From contig NZ_JACMYO010000204.1 in assembly GCF_020889685.1 (NCBI RefSeq), positions 1 to 14,715 on the forward strand: a stretch of DNA of 14,715 nucleotides, given 5' to 3'. Below the pieces are notes generated by a model that saw only the letters and a list, made by a program, of their open reading frames with translations, was not told the origin of the DNA and did not search any database. The translations under genes were made by a program, and so were the position numbers. Source of the DNA: Bradyrhizobium oropedii. Lineage in GTDB: Bacteria; Pseudomonadota; Alphaproteobacteria; Rhizobiales; Xanthobacteraceae. How positions within the stretch are numbered: position 1 is the stretch's first letter; each line of letters starts with the position of its first letter. Shown here piece by piece: positions 1 to 7,284 of the stretch.

Positions 1-1
1 C

Positions 2-565
2 GGTCGGCGTGAAGCATTCCATGGCCAGATTATCTCCTATGCCGACGACTTCGTCATTCTCAGCCGCGGCCACGCGGAAGACGCATTGACGTGGACGAAA
101 GCGGTGATGACCAAGCTTGGGTTGACACTCAACGAGACTAAAACCTCGGTGAAGAATGCCCGATTGGAAAGCTTTGACTTCCTTGGGTACACGCTCGGAC
201 CCCGCCGCTTCCGCAATGGCGGACGGTGGTATCTTGGCGCGGCTCCGTCCAAGAAAAGCGTGCTGCGGATCAAGAGGAAGGTCAGCGTACTGCTGACGCC
301 GGGCAACAAGGGCGCTTGGCCCGAAGTACAAGCACGACTGAACCGCCTTCTGCGCGGCTGGTCCGCTTACTTCAGCTATGGCTCTCTTGCTACGGCTCAT
401 CAGGCCGTTGATCGACACGTCTTCGACCGCGTGCTCGCCTTTCTGCGCAGACGACATAAGACGCCAGGACGTGGCGTCAGACGGTTCTCTGATCAGATCT
501 ATGGGAACCCTGGCGTACTTGTGCTGAACCGCGTGCGCAAAGTGTCGCCGACGTGCGCCTTGTGA
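2..565 (+). CDS. Group II intron reverse transcriptase/maturase, C-terminal part (5' end outside window); no HNH endonuclease domain visible
   Basis: Frame 2 is open from the window edge: GRREAFHGQIISYADDFVILSRGHAEDALTW... The RT active-site YADD is at 38-49. The maturase/X-domain pattern ...RLNRLLRGWSAYFSYGS... follows, with stop TGA at 563-565. The ORF track shows only the part from TTG 86. Confidence 0.9.
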   Translation, partial: GRREAFHGQIISYADDFVILSRGHAEDALTWTKAVMTKLGLTLNETKTSVKNARLESFDFLGYTLGPRRFRNGGRWYLGAAPSKKSVLRIKRKVSVLLTPGNKGAWPEVQARLNRLLRGWSAYFSYGSLATAHQAVDRHVFDRVLAFLRRRHKTPGRGVRRFSDQIYGNPGVLVLNRVRKVSPTCAL

Positions 566-579
566 CGAGACCTGTCGGA

Positions 580-676
580 AAGCCGGATGCGGGAAAACTG
601 CACGTCCGGTTTGATGAGCGGGGAGAGGAAACGGAACGCGCAACAAGCGCATCACCGCGCCTCTCCTCGACTCTAC
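580..676 (+). ncRNA. Group II intron catalytic domain V and branch-point domain VI
   Basis: Domain V: AAGCCGGATGCGGGAAAACTGCACGTCCGGTTT (580-612), with the AGC triad and complementary arms AGCCGG/CCGGTT. Domain VI: GAG-CG-GGGAGAGG (616-628) pairs with CCTCTCCT-CG-[A670]-CTC (660-673). The unpaired A is followed by CTCTAC, consistent with a branch adenosine 7 nt from the 3' splice site. Confidence 0.75.
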
Positions 677-801
677 TTCCTCCCTTGGTCTTGCGCTGTG
701 CGACCTTTTCCAGGGGCGCGCGTCAAGGCGCGACAGCCGCCGACATAACCGATGCCTCCTCGCCTGTTGCGATGGGCCGGCGTTCAGTAAGGAGCTGACA
801 G

Positions 802-2368
802 GTGCCCACCGGTGAAGCGCATCACTTGGGTCTGTTCCCAGCGACCAATGAAAGCACCCGCGCCGCTTTCGTCTACGCCATGGAGCGCGTCATCGATCAC
901 GTGATGGAAAGTTGGGACGAGCAATCTGCTCCGACCAGCGGCATCAAGTTTGACCAGCTCAAGCACCTGCTGGCGTCGCTCGAAGTGTGCCCGGCCGCCG
1001 GCCGCGGTCTCGATGCCGTCATGCTGGAGGTGCGCGAGCGGATCATGCCGCACTTCGTCTCAGTCTCGCATCCTCACTATGTCGCGCATATGCATTCCGC
1101 GCCGATATTGCCGTCGTTGGTTGCGGAGTTTCTGATCAGCGCGAGCAACCAGTCGCTGGATTCGTTCGACCAAGGCCCATCTGCAACGGCGTTGGAATGC
1201 CATGTAGTGCGCTGGTTGAGCGATCTCGTGGGGTTCGGCGCGGCCGGTGATGGCGTGTTCACGAGTGGAGGAACGCAGGCTAATCTCATGGGGCTGATGC
1301 TGGCTCGCGATCACGCCCAGGCGAGCGAACAGAATACTGTGAGGATATCCGGCTTGCCGGCCGAGGCACGGGGTGGCGCATTCTGTGCTCGGAGCTTGCG
1401 CACTTCTCAGTCGCCAGAAGTGCCCACATCCTGGATCTCGGCGAATCCGCAGTCGTGCCGATCGAGGCCGAGCGCGATGGCAAGTTGAGCGCGGACCGGC
1501 TCGACCGGGCGATACGGTCCGAGGCCAATCGAGGTCATCGTCCGATCGCGCTGGTGCTGACGGCCGGCACCACCGAATGCGGCTCAATCGATCGAATCGA
1601 GGAATGCGCGCGTGTGGCCCAAGGCGCGAACGTGTGGGTCCACCTGGATGCCGCCGCCGCCGGCGCGCTGCTGCTGAGCGATCACGCGCCACTTTTGCGC
1701 GGTGTCGAACTCACCGATTCCGTCTCAATCGACTTCCACAAAATGCTGTTCCAGTCGATCAGCTGCGGAGTCTTCATGGTTCGCAGGCGTGCGACGCTGC
1801 GACCGGTCGATTGCTTACCTCAGCCCGAGCGATAAGGCCGATAGTCTCGGACCGAATCTGGTCGGGAAGTCATTGCAAACGACGCGCCGGTTCGATGCCT
1901 TGAAGGTGTTCATGTCGCTGCGGGCGCTCGGCAGGGAACATGTGGGCGAACTGCTCGACCTGATGCTTGCCCAAGCGCAATTTGCCGCGAAGGAGATGAG
2001 AAATCGACGGAGCTCGAATCGCTGGTCCGGCCCGAAACCAATATCGTATTGTTCCGATGACGACCCGCTGGGCAGAGCCTGCCGGACGCGCTCATCAACG
2101 AGGTCAATCGGCAGCTTCCTGGCCGCTCTGGAATGATCGAATCGCGGTCATCGGGAAGACAGTTTACCGGGGTCTCGCAGCTCTGAAGCTGACCCTGCTG
2201 CATCCCGAATGTGCGAAAGAGCGGGTCATCCCAGTGCTGGCCGCGATCGAAGCCAGCGCGGGCAAGCTCGGCGCAGAGTTGTGGTCCGGCGCTGATCGTC
2301 TGGACGAAATGCTATTGGTCGGAGCAGGCAAGTGGCGCATCATGACGGTCTTCTTGTCGAGCGGGTAA
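802..2368 (+). pseudogene. Group II PLP-dependent amino-acid decarboxylase (diaminobutyrate/aspartate/glutamate decarboxylase-like), multiply disrupted
   Basis: RBS AAGGAG (789-794) precedes GTG 802. Frames below are coordinate mod 3. Frame 1: ...HPHYVAHMHSAPILPSLVAEFLISASNQSLDSFDQGPSATALECHVVRWL...GVFTSGGTQANLMGLMLARD. Frame 0: WRILCSELAHFSVARSAHILDLG...VHLDAAAAGA...SIDFHKMLFQ (PLP-Lys codon 1740-1742). Frame 1: YLSPSDKADSLGPNLVGKSLQTTRRFDALKVFMSLRALG. Frame 0: ELESLVRPETNIVLFR-TGA(2058-2060)-...LPDALINEVNRQL. Frame 2: IAVIGKTVYRGLAALKLTLLHPE. Frameshifts fall near 1355-1373, 1795-1812, 2000-2010 and 2115-2129, plus one in-frame stop. Confidence 0.85.
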
Positions 2369-2835
2369 ATTGGGGCGACCCCCGATATGAGCATGCACGC
2401 CGGGCGGAGCTCGAAATTTTCGGTATCCCCAACCGGTTTTCGACCCCGGACGACATAGCTGCGGGAGAAATGCTCACCTATCGTCAGTTCGAGCGAACAA
2501 GCGAATTCTACCTGGCCCGAACGGCGGAGAACGCTGGTGGAGATATCTTCGGCGTCGGGCGCCTCATCCGCCACGATCCGGCGCTGGGAGTTGCGAGCTT
2601 CAGCACGATGCGGGACGCGCGCAGCTACGCCCCACCGGGTGGAGGAGAGCCTACATGCCATTTGGCCGCTGAATGGGCGAGTTTTTTCGATCAAGTCGCC
2701 GCGCAAGATAGGCGCCACGAAGCGATATGGCGACGAGGACGTCTGGGACTTCACCTTCAATTCCGGCAGGGCCGAGGTCGAGTATGTCCATGTTCGAGAC
2801 TTCGAAGAAAAGATAACCTGTGCCGGGTGGGTTGA
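2332..2835 (+). CDS. Hypothetical protein, probably a truncated fragment
   Basis: ORF-track ORF with GTG start. The first ~105 aa look protein-like (...EMLTYRQFERTSEFYLARTAENAGGDIFGVGRLIRHDPALGVASFSTMRDA). The Arg/Gly/Cys-rich tail looks like out-of-frame read-through across the next ORF. No family recognised. Confidence 0.3.
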   Translation: MAHHDGLLVERVNWGDPRYEHARRAELEIFGIPNRFSTPDDIAAGEMLTYRQFERTSEFYLARTAENAGGDIFGVGRLIRHDPALGVASFSTMRDARSYAPPGGGEPTCHLAAEWASFFDQVAAQDRRHEAIWRRGRLGLHLQFRQGRGRVCPCSRLRRKDNLCRVG

Positions 2836-3169
2836 GGCGTTCTCTGAAACCGAAAAGCAGCGAGAACTGCGGCTCCGTGACGTGATCGTCTACGATTTCG
2901 AGGGAGCGGTTTTATTCGAAGCGCCGCGCGTGTACCCTGCACGGAAGATGGACAATATCGATGTAGAGTTCCCATACAGGCCAGGACAAGCAAATGACGA
3001 ACCCGCCACGTCCCCCGGTTGGACCCCTTACCGAAGGCTACGTCGTGAAAGGCGGCCACAACCCAGGCACGTCTCAAACTCAGACGCGTCCAGCAGCGCC
3101 AACGCCAATCCTCGCGCCGAGAACGCCGCCAGCCCCAAATGCGCCGCCGTCGGGAGGACGCAGCAATGA
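2537..3169 (+). CDS. Hypothetical protein with a small beta-rich core; start and end unresolved
   Basis: Protein-like core at about 2726-2977: YGDEDVWDFTFNSGRAEVEYVHVRDFEEKITCAGWVEAFSETEKQRELRLRDVIVYDFEGAVLFEAPRVYPARKMDNIDVEFPY. No in-frame ATG; GTG 2639 is a candidate start. The tail after ~2990 overlaps a better ORF in another frame and is probably not real. Confidence 0.35.
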   Translation: MEISSASGASSATIRRWELRASARCGTRAATPHRVEESLHAIWPLNGRVFSIKSPRKIGATKRYGDEDVWDFTFNSGRAEVEYVHVRDFEEKITCAGWVEAFSETEKQRELRLRDVIVYDFEGAVLFEAPRVYPARKMDNIDVEFPYRPGQANDEPATSPGWTPYRRLRRERRPQPRHVSNSDASSSANANPRAENAASPKCAAVGRTQQ

Positions 3170-3176
3170 CCAATAA
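2994..3176 (+). CDS. Small Pro-rich protein (60 aa), paralog of the next ORF
   Basis: AGGA (2983-2986), 7 nt spacer, ATG 2994. Sequence: MTNPPRPPVGPLTEGYVVKGGHNPGTSQTQTRPAAPTPILAPRTPPAPNAPPSGGRSNDQ. Shares MTN..(E/D)GY..G..TSQ..RP.AP.P with ORF 3166-3339. Confidence 0.45.
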   Translation: MTNPPRPPVGPLTEGYVVKGGHNPGTSQTQTRPAAPTPILAPRTPPAPNAPPSGGRSNDQ

Positions 3177-3339
3177 GCACAGGACAAATGACGGCTACGC
3201 GATGGACGGCAAAATCATGAGCCGTCAGGACTCGTACGAAATCAAGACCTCACAGGTTAAGCAGAGGCCGCCTGCGCCTGCACCGATGGTGAAGGCTCAA
3301 GCTCCAACACCGCCACCGCCCAAGCCTACGAAGGAGTAG
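3166..3339 (+). CDS. Small Pro-rich protein (57 aa), paralog of the preceding ORF
   Basis: Strong RBS GGGAGGA (3152-3158), 7 nt spacer, ATG 3166. Sequence: MTNKHRTNDGYAMDGKIMSRQDSYEIKTSQVKQRPPAPAPMVKAQAPTPPPPKPTKE. Overlaps the previous ORF by 11 nt. The ORF track lists a longer alternative-start version from 3139. Confidence 0.5.
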   Translation: MTNKHRTNDGYAMDGKIMSRQDSYEIKTSQVKQRPPAPAPMVKAQAPTPPPPKPTKE

Positions 3340-3492
3340 GGCTGTCGCCGCGAGTGACAATCCACTGGAGGACGCCAAGTAGCCAAGCAATTGCGCTAAG
3401 CTGCTTGGCCTACCTTCAAATTGTCCTCGTCGCTCATACGCACCGTCCAGGTTTTGGGCGCTCCCGACGACCTAGGCAGAGATACTGCGTAG

Positions 3493-3650
3493 CCAAGCGT
3501 CTTCCCAGCCGGTGAGGATACGCGCGCGGTTATCTCAGACGGAAACTCGAGCAGCGCGAATATCGACAACCGAGTAAGCCTGAAACGCATTCAGACCCTG
3601 GTGGGTCATGAAGACATCAAGACCACGCTCAACGTTTACGGCATCTCATC
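3493..3650 (+). pseudogene. Tyrosine recombinase (phage-type integrase) C-terminal remnant
   Basis: The frame opens after TAG 3490-3492 with no start codon: ...NIDNRVSLKRIQTLVGHEDIKTTLNVYG. This matches the conserved LGH..(I/L).TT..Y box around the catalytic Tyr (codon 3637-3639). Only the last ~50 codons of an integrase are present. Confidence 0.6.
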
Positions 3651-4036
3651 GAGCGCGTCGAGGCGCAAATGTCTGCGACCCATCCAACTATGAAACTTCA
3701 ATTGGAGACTCGCGCTTGTGAATGTGGCTGGCATTTACTTTCCGCAAACGGTTCGACCATTGAATCGCCGCAAAGTTGCACTACGTTTCTGGCTGAAATA
3801 CGTGCAGTGTGTTGGGGGCGACCAGAGCACGCAACGAACAGTCCCCGGCCTACTGGCCCAATGTATGAAGGCACGTACCGAAAGGGACCCTCGTACAGGA
3901 GATGGAGATACACCATGACGGTGTTGCTCACTCTCGAAGCCAGCCAGCCCTGCGGTAAGACCTACCGTCTTGGTTTCGGGTGCAATGTGCATCTGGCTTC
4001 GATGTTAGCCTTGCTCAGCAGGCTGTTCTAACAACG

Positions 4037-4065
4037 AGGGCGCCTCTCACGGGGTGCCCTTTTTG
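4037..4065. terminator. Rho-independent-type hairpin between convergent transcription units
   Basis: AGGGCGCC (4037-4044) pairs with GGGTGCCCT (4053-4060, one G-T wobble), with an 8-nt loop. It is followed by TTTTTG on the + strand and preceded by an A-run on the - strand. It sits about 5 nt downstream of a possible TAG (4072-4070) for the minus-strand module. Confidence 0.5.
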
Positions 4066-4069
4066 CTGC

Positions 4070-4843
4070 CTAGCTCGCCTCTTTGAACTCGATTTTGCCG
4101 TCAGCTCGTATTGCTCGCCGTCATCGAATGCCGACTTCATGGTTCGCTGTGTGCCTTTCGGTAAAGGCGCTCCCTTCCGCGTCGGCTTCGCCAGAAAATT
4201 CCTCTGCCAGTCGGTTTGGCGGTGCTGCCGCACCAAGCCGCCCGTGCTGGATCCCGGAAAACAGCCGGAACAGATCGGCGTCCGAGGAATCTTCGCGCAC
4301 CGGCTTCCGGCCCAGCTCGTCCCAGACCCCGCCGCGCGTGATGCCCGCGGAATTGTAGATGGCGCCGACGATCGCGAAATGCAGCTCGGAGTAGTCCTTG
4401 ATCCATTGCAGGAACAGTTTCACCACGTCATCACTCGCCAGCGTTCAGGCGGCCGCATTGCTCAGGAGGTTGCGGACAAGCACCCGCTTTTCATCACTTT
4501 CCGCTGCCCAGTCGCGGAAAGCCTTGCGCAGCAGCGATCGATATTCCTCGCTTCGTATCCGCTCCGCCGTCTTTTCGTCTTGCATGTCGATCCGGGCGGT
4601 CAGCTCCATAATCGTCTGCGTCTTTTCCTTCATCTTGGCGGCAAGCATGTCGGCGAGATGTTTCAGGAAATCATTGATCCGCGCTTGCTCCCGCTCCGAC
4701 CATGCACCCGCACCTGCCGCTAAAATCCCGCCGACGAACGGAATCGCACCGCCCGCGGTGTTCAGCATAAACCGGGCGGCACCACTGGCCTTACTGCCTT
4801 TCGGGAGTTCAGGCAGACCACCTGCGGCGTCATTGTCGGACAC
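4070..4843 (-). pseudogene. Uncharacterised protein B of a two-gene module (nonsense codon plus frameshift)
   Basis: GTG 4843 is preceded by GGGG. It reads MSDNDAAGGLPELPKG...GAIPFVGGILAAGAGAWSEREQARINDFLKHL...RNLLSNAAA, then an in-frame TGA (4447-4445). The same frame continues TLASDDVVKLFLQWIKDYSELHFAIVGAIYNSAGITRGGVWDELGRKPVREDSSDADLFRLFS. A frameshift near 4262-4275 leads to ...STGGLVRQHRQTDWQRNFLAKPTRKGAP...SAFDDGEQYELTAK. The 3' end is uncertain (4072-4070 TAG in a third frame, or 4017-4015). Confidence 0.55.
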
Positions 4844-4853
4844 GAACCGCCCC

Positions 4854-5425
4854 TTAGTTTGTCACGCGGGCGCTGCGACTCTTATCGCGCGCATCCTCGG
4901 CTTCGATTTGGGCCTTTCGCTGAGAAGCGGCCTGCTGGATCGCTTGCTCAAGCTGTGGCTTGTTACGCTCGTATTCTGCGCGCAACGTTTGCAGATTACC
5001 CTCGACCATCTGTTTGAAGTTCTGCAAGACGGCTTCGGTCCGGTCATCGTCCACCACGCTGATTGTCAGCGTATTGCGTTCAATCGTTGCTCGGCGATCC
5101 AACAGCGTCATGGACGAGGGCCCAATCCTCAGTGTCTCCGCCTTGCCCACGAAGGGGATGCTGACGTCGAGCCATGTCGTTTCATCATCCGATAGTCGCC
5201 CCAGCCATCCTGGCGCTGCCGTTCTTCTGTTCGCCTTTCGGCGGTCATCTGGCCTTGGAAACGGACCACCTCGATGTTGTATTTTTCTGAGATCGACTGG
5301 AGGACGCCTCCGAGCGACGGGTATTTGAACAGCTTCCCATCAAGTTTCTGCACGTCGGCCACAGCGGCCTGCATCTGAAGCTGCCAGACCTGATAGAACG
5401 ACTTCTGAAACAAAACCTCTTCCAT
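4854..5425 (-). pseudogene. Uncharacterised protein A of a two-gene module (one frameshift)
   Basis: GGAG, 6 nt spacer, ATG 5425. Reads MEEVLFQKSFYQVWQLQMQAAVADVQKLDGKLFKYPSLGGVLQSISEKYNIEVVRFQGQMTAERRTEERQRQDGWGDY. A frameshift near 5165-5185 leads to ...DDETTWLDVSIPFVGKAETLRIGPSSMTLLDRRATIERNTLTISVVDD...EAEDARDKSRSARVTN. Stop TAA at 4856-4854, 10 nt before the start of gene B. Confidence 0.55.
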
Positions 5426-5481
5426 CTTTTGCTCCGTAGCCTGGTGCCGGCGGATCCTCGACCACAACCGGTGATCCTACC

Positions 5482-6130
5482 TTGATCCAGATACTGCCAG
5501 ATTTTCTTACGGCAAGCTTCCGACGCCGACCGAGGTGGCCCCGGAGACCTTATCGGGGCCGGCGGACGACAAATCCGGCGAGGCGGCCGCCGGACAAGCG
5601 GGATCAGTTTGGCTCGGCCTGGACAAGACTTACAGAGCTTGGAAATCGGCATGCCGAAGTCGGCGACGTGCATGCATTATATATAGCGAGGGCCGCGCAG
5701 TCGCTAACGTGAGTCCGTACTTTCTCGGCAGTATCGTCCTGGTCAAGAATCGCTGGCGGCTCAAACCGACGTGGTCGACGGCCAGCAGCGCCTTACGACC
5801 ATAACGATCCTCCTTTGCGTCCTCCGGGACCTGGCGGATGCGAAAATCGGGCAGGCGATCCATAACTAAATCTGCCAGACCGGCGACCCGATCATGGAAA
5901 CTGCCGACGTCTTTCGCTTGACGCCCAGGGAGCGCGATGCTGAGTTCTTCCGCTCGACGATCCAGATCGCATCGCAAACGCGGAGCCTGCCCGATCCCCG
6001 GCTGCTTGTGAGGGTCACATCCTGGCTGAACCATTATAGATGCGTCGGTTTTACGTGCTTCGAACGAAAGCTGATGTCGTGGAAAGTCATACCCTGCGCA
6101 CAGTCGGTCTGGATCAAGCGCGTGGTTTGA
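5482..6130 (+). pseudogene. DUF262-family (GmrSD/ParB-nuclease-like N-terminal domain) gene remnant
   Basis: ...PYFLGSIVLVK (from 5715, frame 0) is followed after a frameshift by DVVDGQQRLTTITILLCVLRDLA (DGQQRLTT = 5777-5800, frame 2). There is an in-frame TAA at 5867-5869. The same frame then continues ...FRLTPRERDAEFFRSTIQ... to 6130. The N-terminal part (RPYRG..., around 5549-5563) is also frame-scrambled. No DUF1524/HNH-like C-terminal half was recognisable. Confidence 0.6.
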
Positions 6131-6400
6131 TAGCGGACGGCATGGATTGTCGCCGCAGCAATTGTTTCTTGGCGACGTCAGTTGAAAACCGCAGGCGGTC
6201 ATTCCGAAACAGAATTGCAATTTGTGCCGGCCGTCATGGATAGCGGGGGGCCGGCGCCCCCGCTTTCGATGCCAGCACACTCGCCAGCCGGCACGCAGCC
6301 GGCTATCCGCCGCAGATTTGGCCCCCGACGCCGCGACCGCCGGCCGACGTATCCGTGCCTTCACAGAAGGCGCCAATCACCACCGGCATGAAGGCCCAAC

Positions 6401-7216
6401 TCACTGCATCCTTTGCGTCGTGATTGTCGATAAATGCTGCCCGTTGGGATTCCTGTAACGATTGGCGAGGCTTTGTAACAATGAAGCCATCCGGTCCGGA
6501 TCTGATCGAACAGTAAATTCTCCATAGTTAGGGTCGAAAACCGTGGTCCTTCCATTCGAGGCCGACGTCGCGATCGTGTGTGCGCCGCCTTCGGCAAAAT
6601 ACAAGCTGAGCAAATGGTTCGATCCATCTTCGTTGATTTCGTTCACCATGCGCATGACGTTCGAAGACTTGCCGAATTCGAATCTCTTCACTTCTCCAGC
6701 CGGTTCCAAGCCTGCGTCCTCCAAAATGGTATTTTGTGCCTGAAGGTCGGCCTGAGAAGATCCTGCTCCCCTGCTCCGCAACTGATCCTTGAGATTTTGA
6801 TATTGCTGCTGCCGTTCAGCCGCTGAGGCGTGCGTTTGCGATCCGGGTGTGAGCGCACTCATTCGGGTTGATGGGCTGTTGTTAAGATTGCGGAACCACT
6901 CCGCAGTCAGCCCAACGCAGATGCCGTCCACATTCGCATCACGCAGGTCGCCCGTTCTGTATTCAAACAAGGAGGTGGCCGGACTCTCTGGAGAGGATGT
7001 ACTGGGGTCGGAGGCGCTAGAAGTTTGAACGTTTGCATCCGAGGTATGTGGCTTGCTGCAGCAGGCCCCCATCTTGTCAGGCAACTCCCCCGGTTGTGAG
7101 CTCCACTGAGGCGCGAGACCTGCAAGTGTTTCCGTAAAGCCGCCGCTATCCACCGACTGACTCGGTTCGTCAGCTTGTCTAGTGCATGTGGATGAGCCAC
7201 TGATTCGATCATACAT
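6401..7216 (-). CDS. nopT: Type III secreted effector, YopT/AvrPphB-family (peptidase C58) cysteine protease, NopT-like
   Basis: 271 aa, intact, with AAGGTG RBS upstream of ATG 7216. Catalytic-triad motifs: DGIC100VGLTAEW, EGGAH213TIA, VFD228PNYGEF. The N-terminal PDK-M49-G50-A-C52-C53-SKP resembles the autoprocessing site that exposes a Gly/Cys acylation motif in this family. GC is visibly lower than the flanks. Confidence 0.85.
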   Translation of the reverse strand: MYDRISGSSTCTRQADEPSQSVDSGGFTETLAGLAPQWSSQPGELPDKMGACCSKPHTSDANVQTSSASDPSTSSPESPATSLFEYRTGDLRDANVDGICVGLTAEWFRNLNNSPSTRMSALTPGSQTHASAAERQQQYQNLKDQLRSRGAGSSQADLQAQNTILEDAGLEPAGEVKRFEFGKSSNVMRMVNEINEDGSNHLLSLYFAEGGAHTIATSASNGRTTVFDPNYGEFTVRSDPDRMASLLQSLANRYRNPNGQHLSTITTQRMQ

Positions 7217-7284
7217 GACGATTCACCTTTCTGTGCTGCGCTAGTCTCTACGCATCAATTCGGGCTGCTTAGTCCTGCTGCGAG

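Larger units (their letters stand above)
1..676 (+). mobile_element. Group II intron, 3' portion (intron-encoded protein ORF, then domains V and VI); the 5' part lies upstream of the window
   Basis: The RT/maturase ORF ends at 565. It is followed by a domain V-like hairpin (580-612) and a domain VI helix (616-673). Domain VI has a single bulged A at 670, seven nt before a ...CTAC end at 676. Confidence 0.85.

Noticed and set aside
553-798. 81-aa + strand ORF immediately after the intron RT gene
   Set aside because: It runs straight through the domain V and VI RNA structures and the predicted 3' splice site. The composition is Arg/Ser/Ala-rich with no motif. It is better explained as non-coding ribozyme sequence plus flanking DNA.
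950-2203. Alternative-frame and antisense ORFs inside the decarboxylase locus (for example 1060-1692 minus, 1373-1903 plus, 1910-2203 minus)
   Set aside because: Their composition is Arg-rich nonsense. The decarboxylase motifs account for the coding signal once the frameshifts are allowed.
3382-3409. Perfect 8-bp hairpin GCCAAGCA-N12-TGCTTGGC after the second Pro-rich ORF, as a possible terminator
   Set aside because: No T-tract follows it and the loop is long. It is noted but not called.
3669-4031. 120-aa Cys/Trp-rich + strand ORF following the integrase tail, with three overlapping ORFs on both strands
   Set aside because: No motif, no RBS, and it is open in several frames at once. It is probably non-coding DNA downstream of the integrase remnant. 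The only supported element here is the hairpin at 4037-4065.
4445-4447. In-frame TGA in module gene B as possible selenocysteine or programmed read-through
   Set aside because: No SECIS-like hairpin is visible in the ~40 nt downstream on the coding strand. The same gene also carries a frameshift and its neighbours are pseudogenes, so an ordinary nonsense mutation is more parsimonious.
5165-5185. Frameshift in module gene A as possible programmed ribosomal frameshifting
   Set aside because: No X-XXY-YYZ slippery heptamer or downstream structure is evident around ...TATCGGATGATGAAACGACATGG.... The context of general decay favours a mutation.
5671-5692. AT-rich GCATGCATTATATATAGCGAGG with a perfect TATAAT on the minus strand, as a possible promoter of the two-gene module
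   Set aside because: It lies ~250 nt upstream of the module inside the DUF262 pseudogene body, and no matching -35 element was identified. It could be fortuitous or a scar, so it is not called.
5630-6376. 248-aa minus-strand ORF, the longest ORF in this part of the window
   Set aside because: It is Arg/Pro/Cys-rich and low-complexity, with no recognisable motif. The opposite strand carries the highly specific DGQQRLTT/YFLGSIVL DUF262 signatures, so this is an antisense shadow ORF typical of GC-rich DNA.
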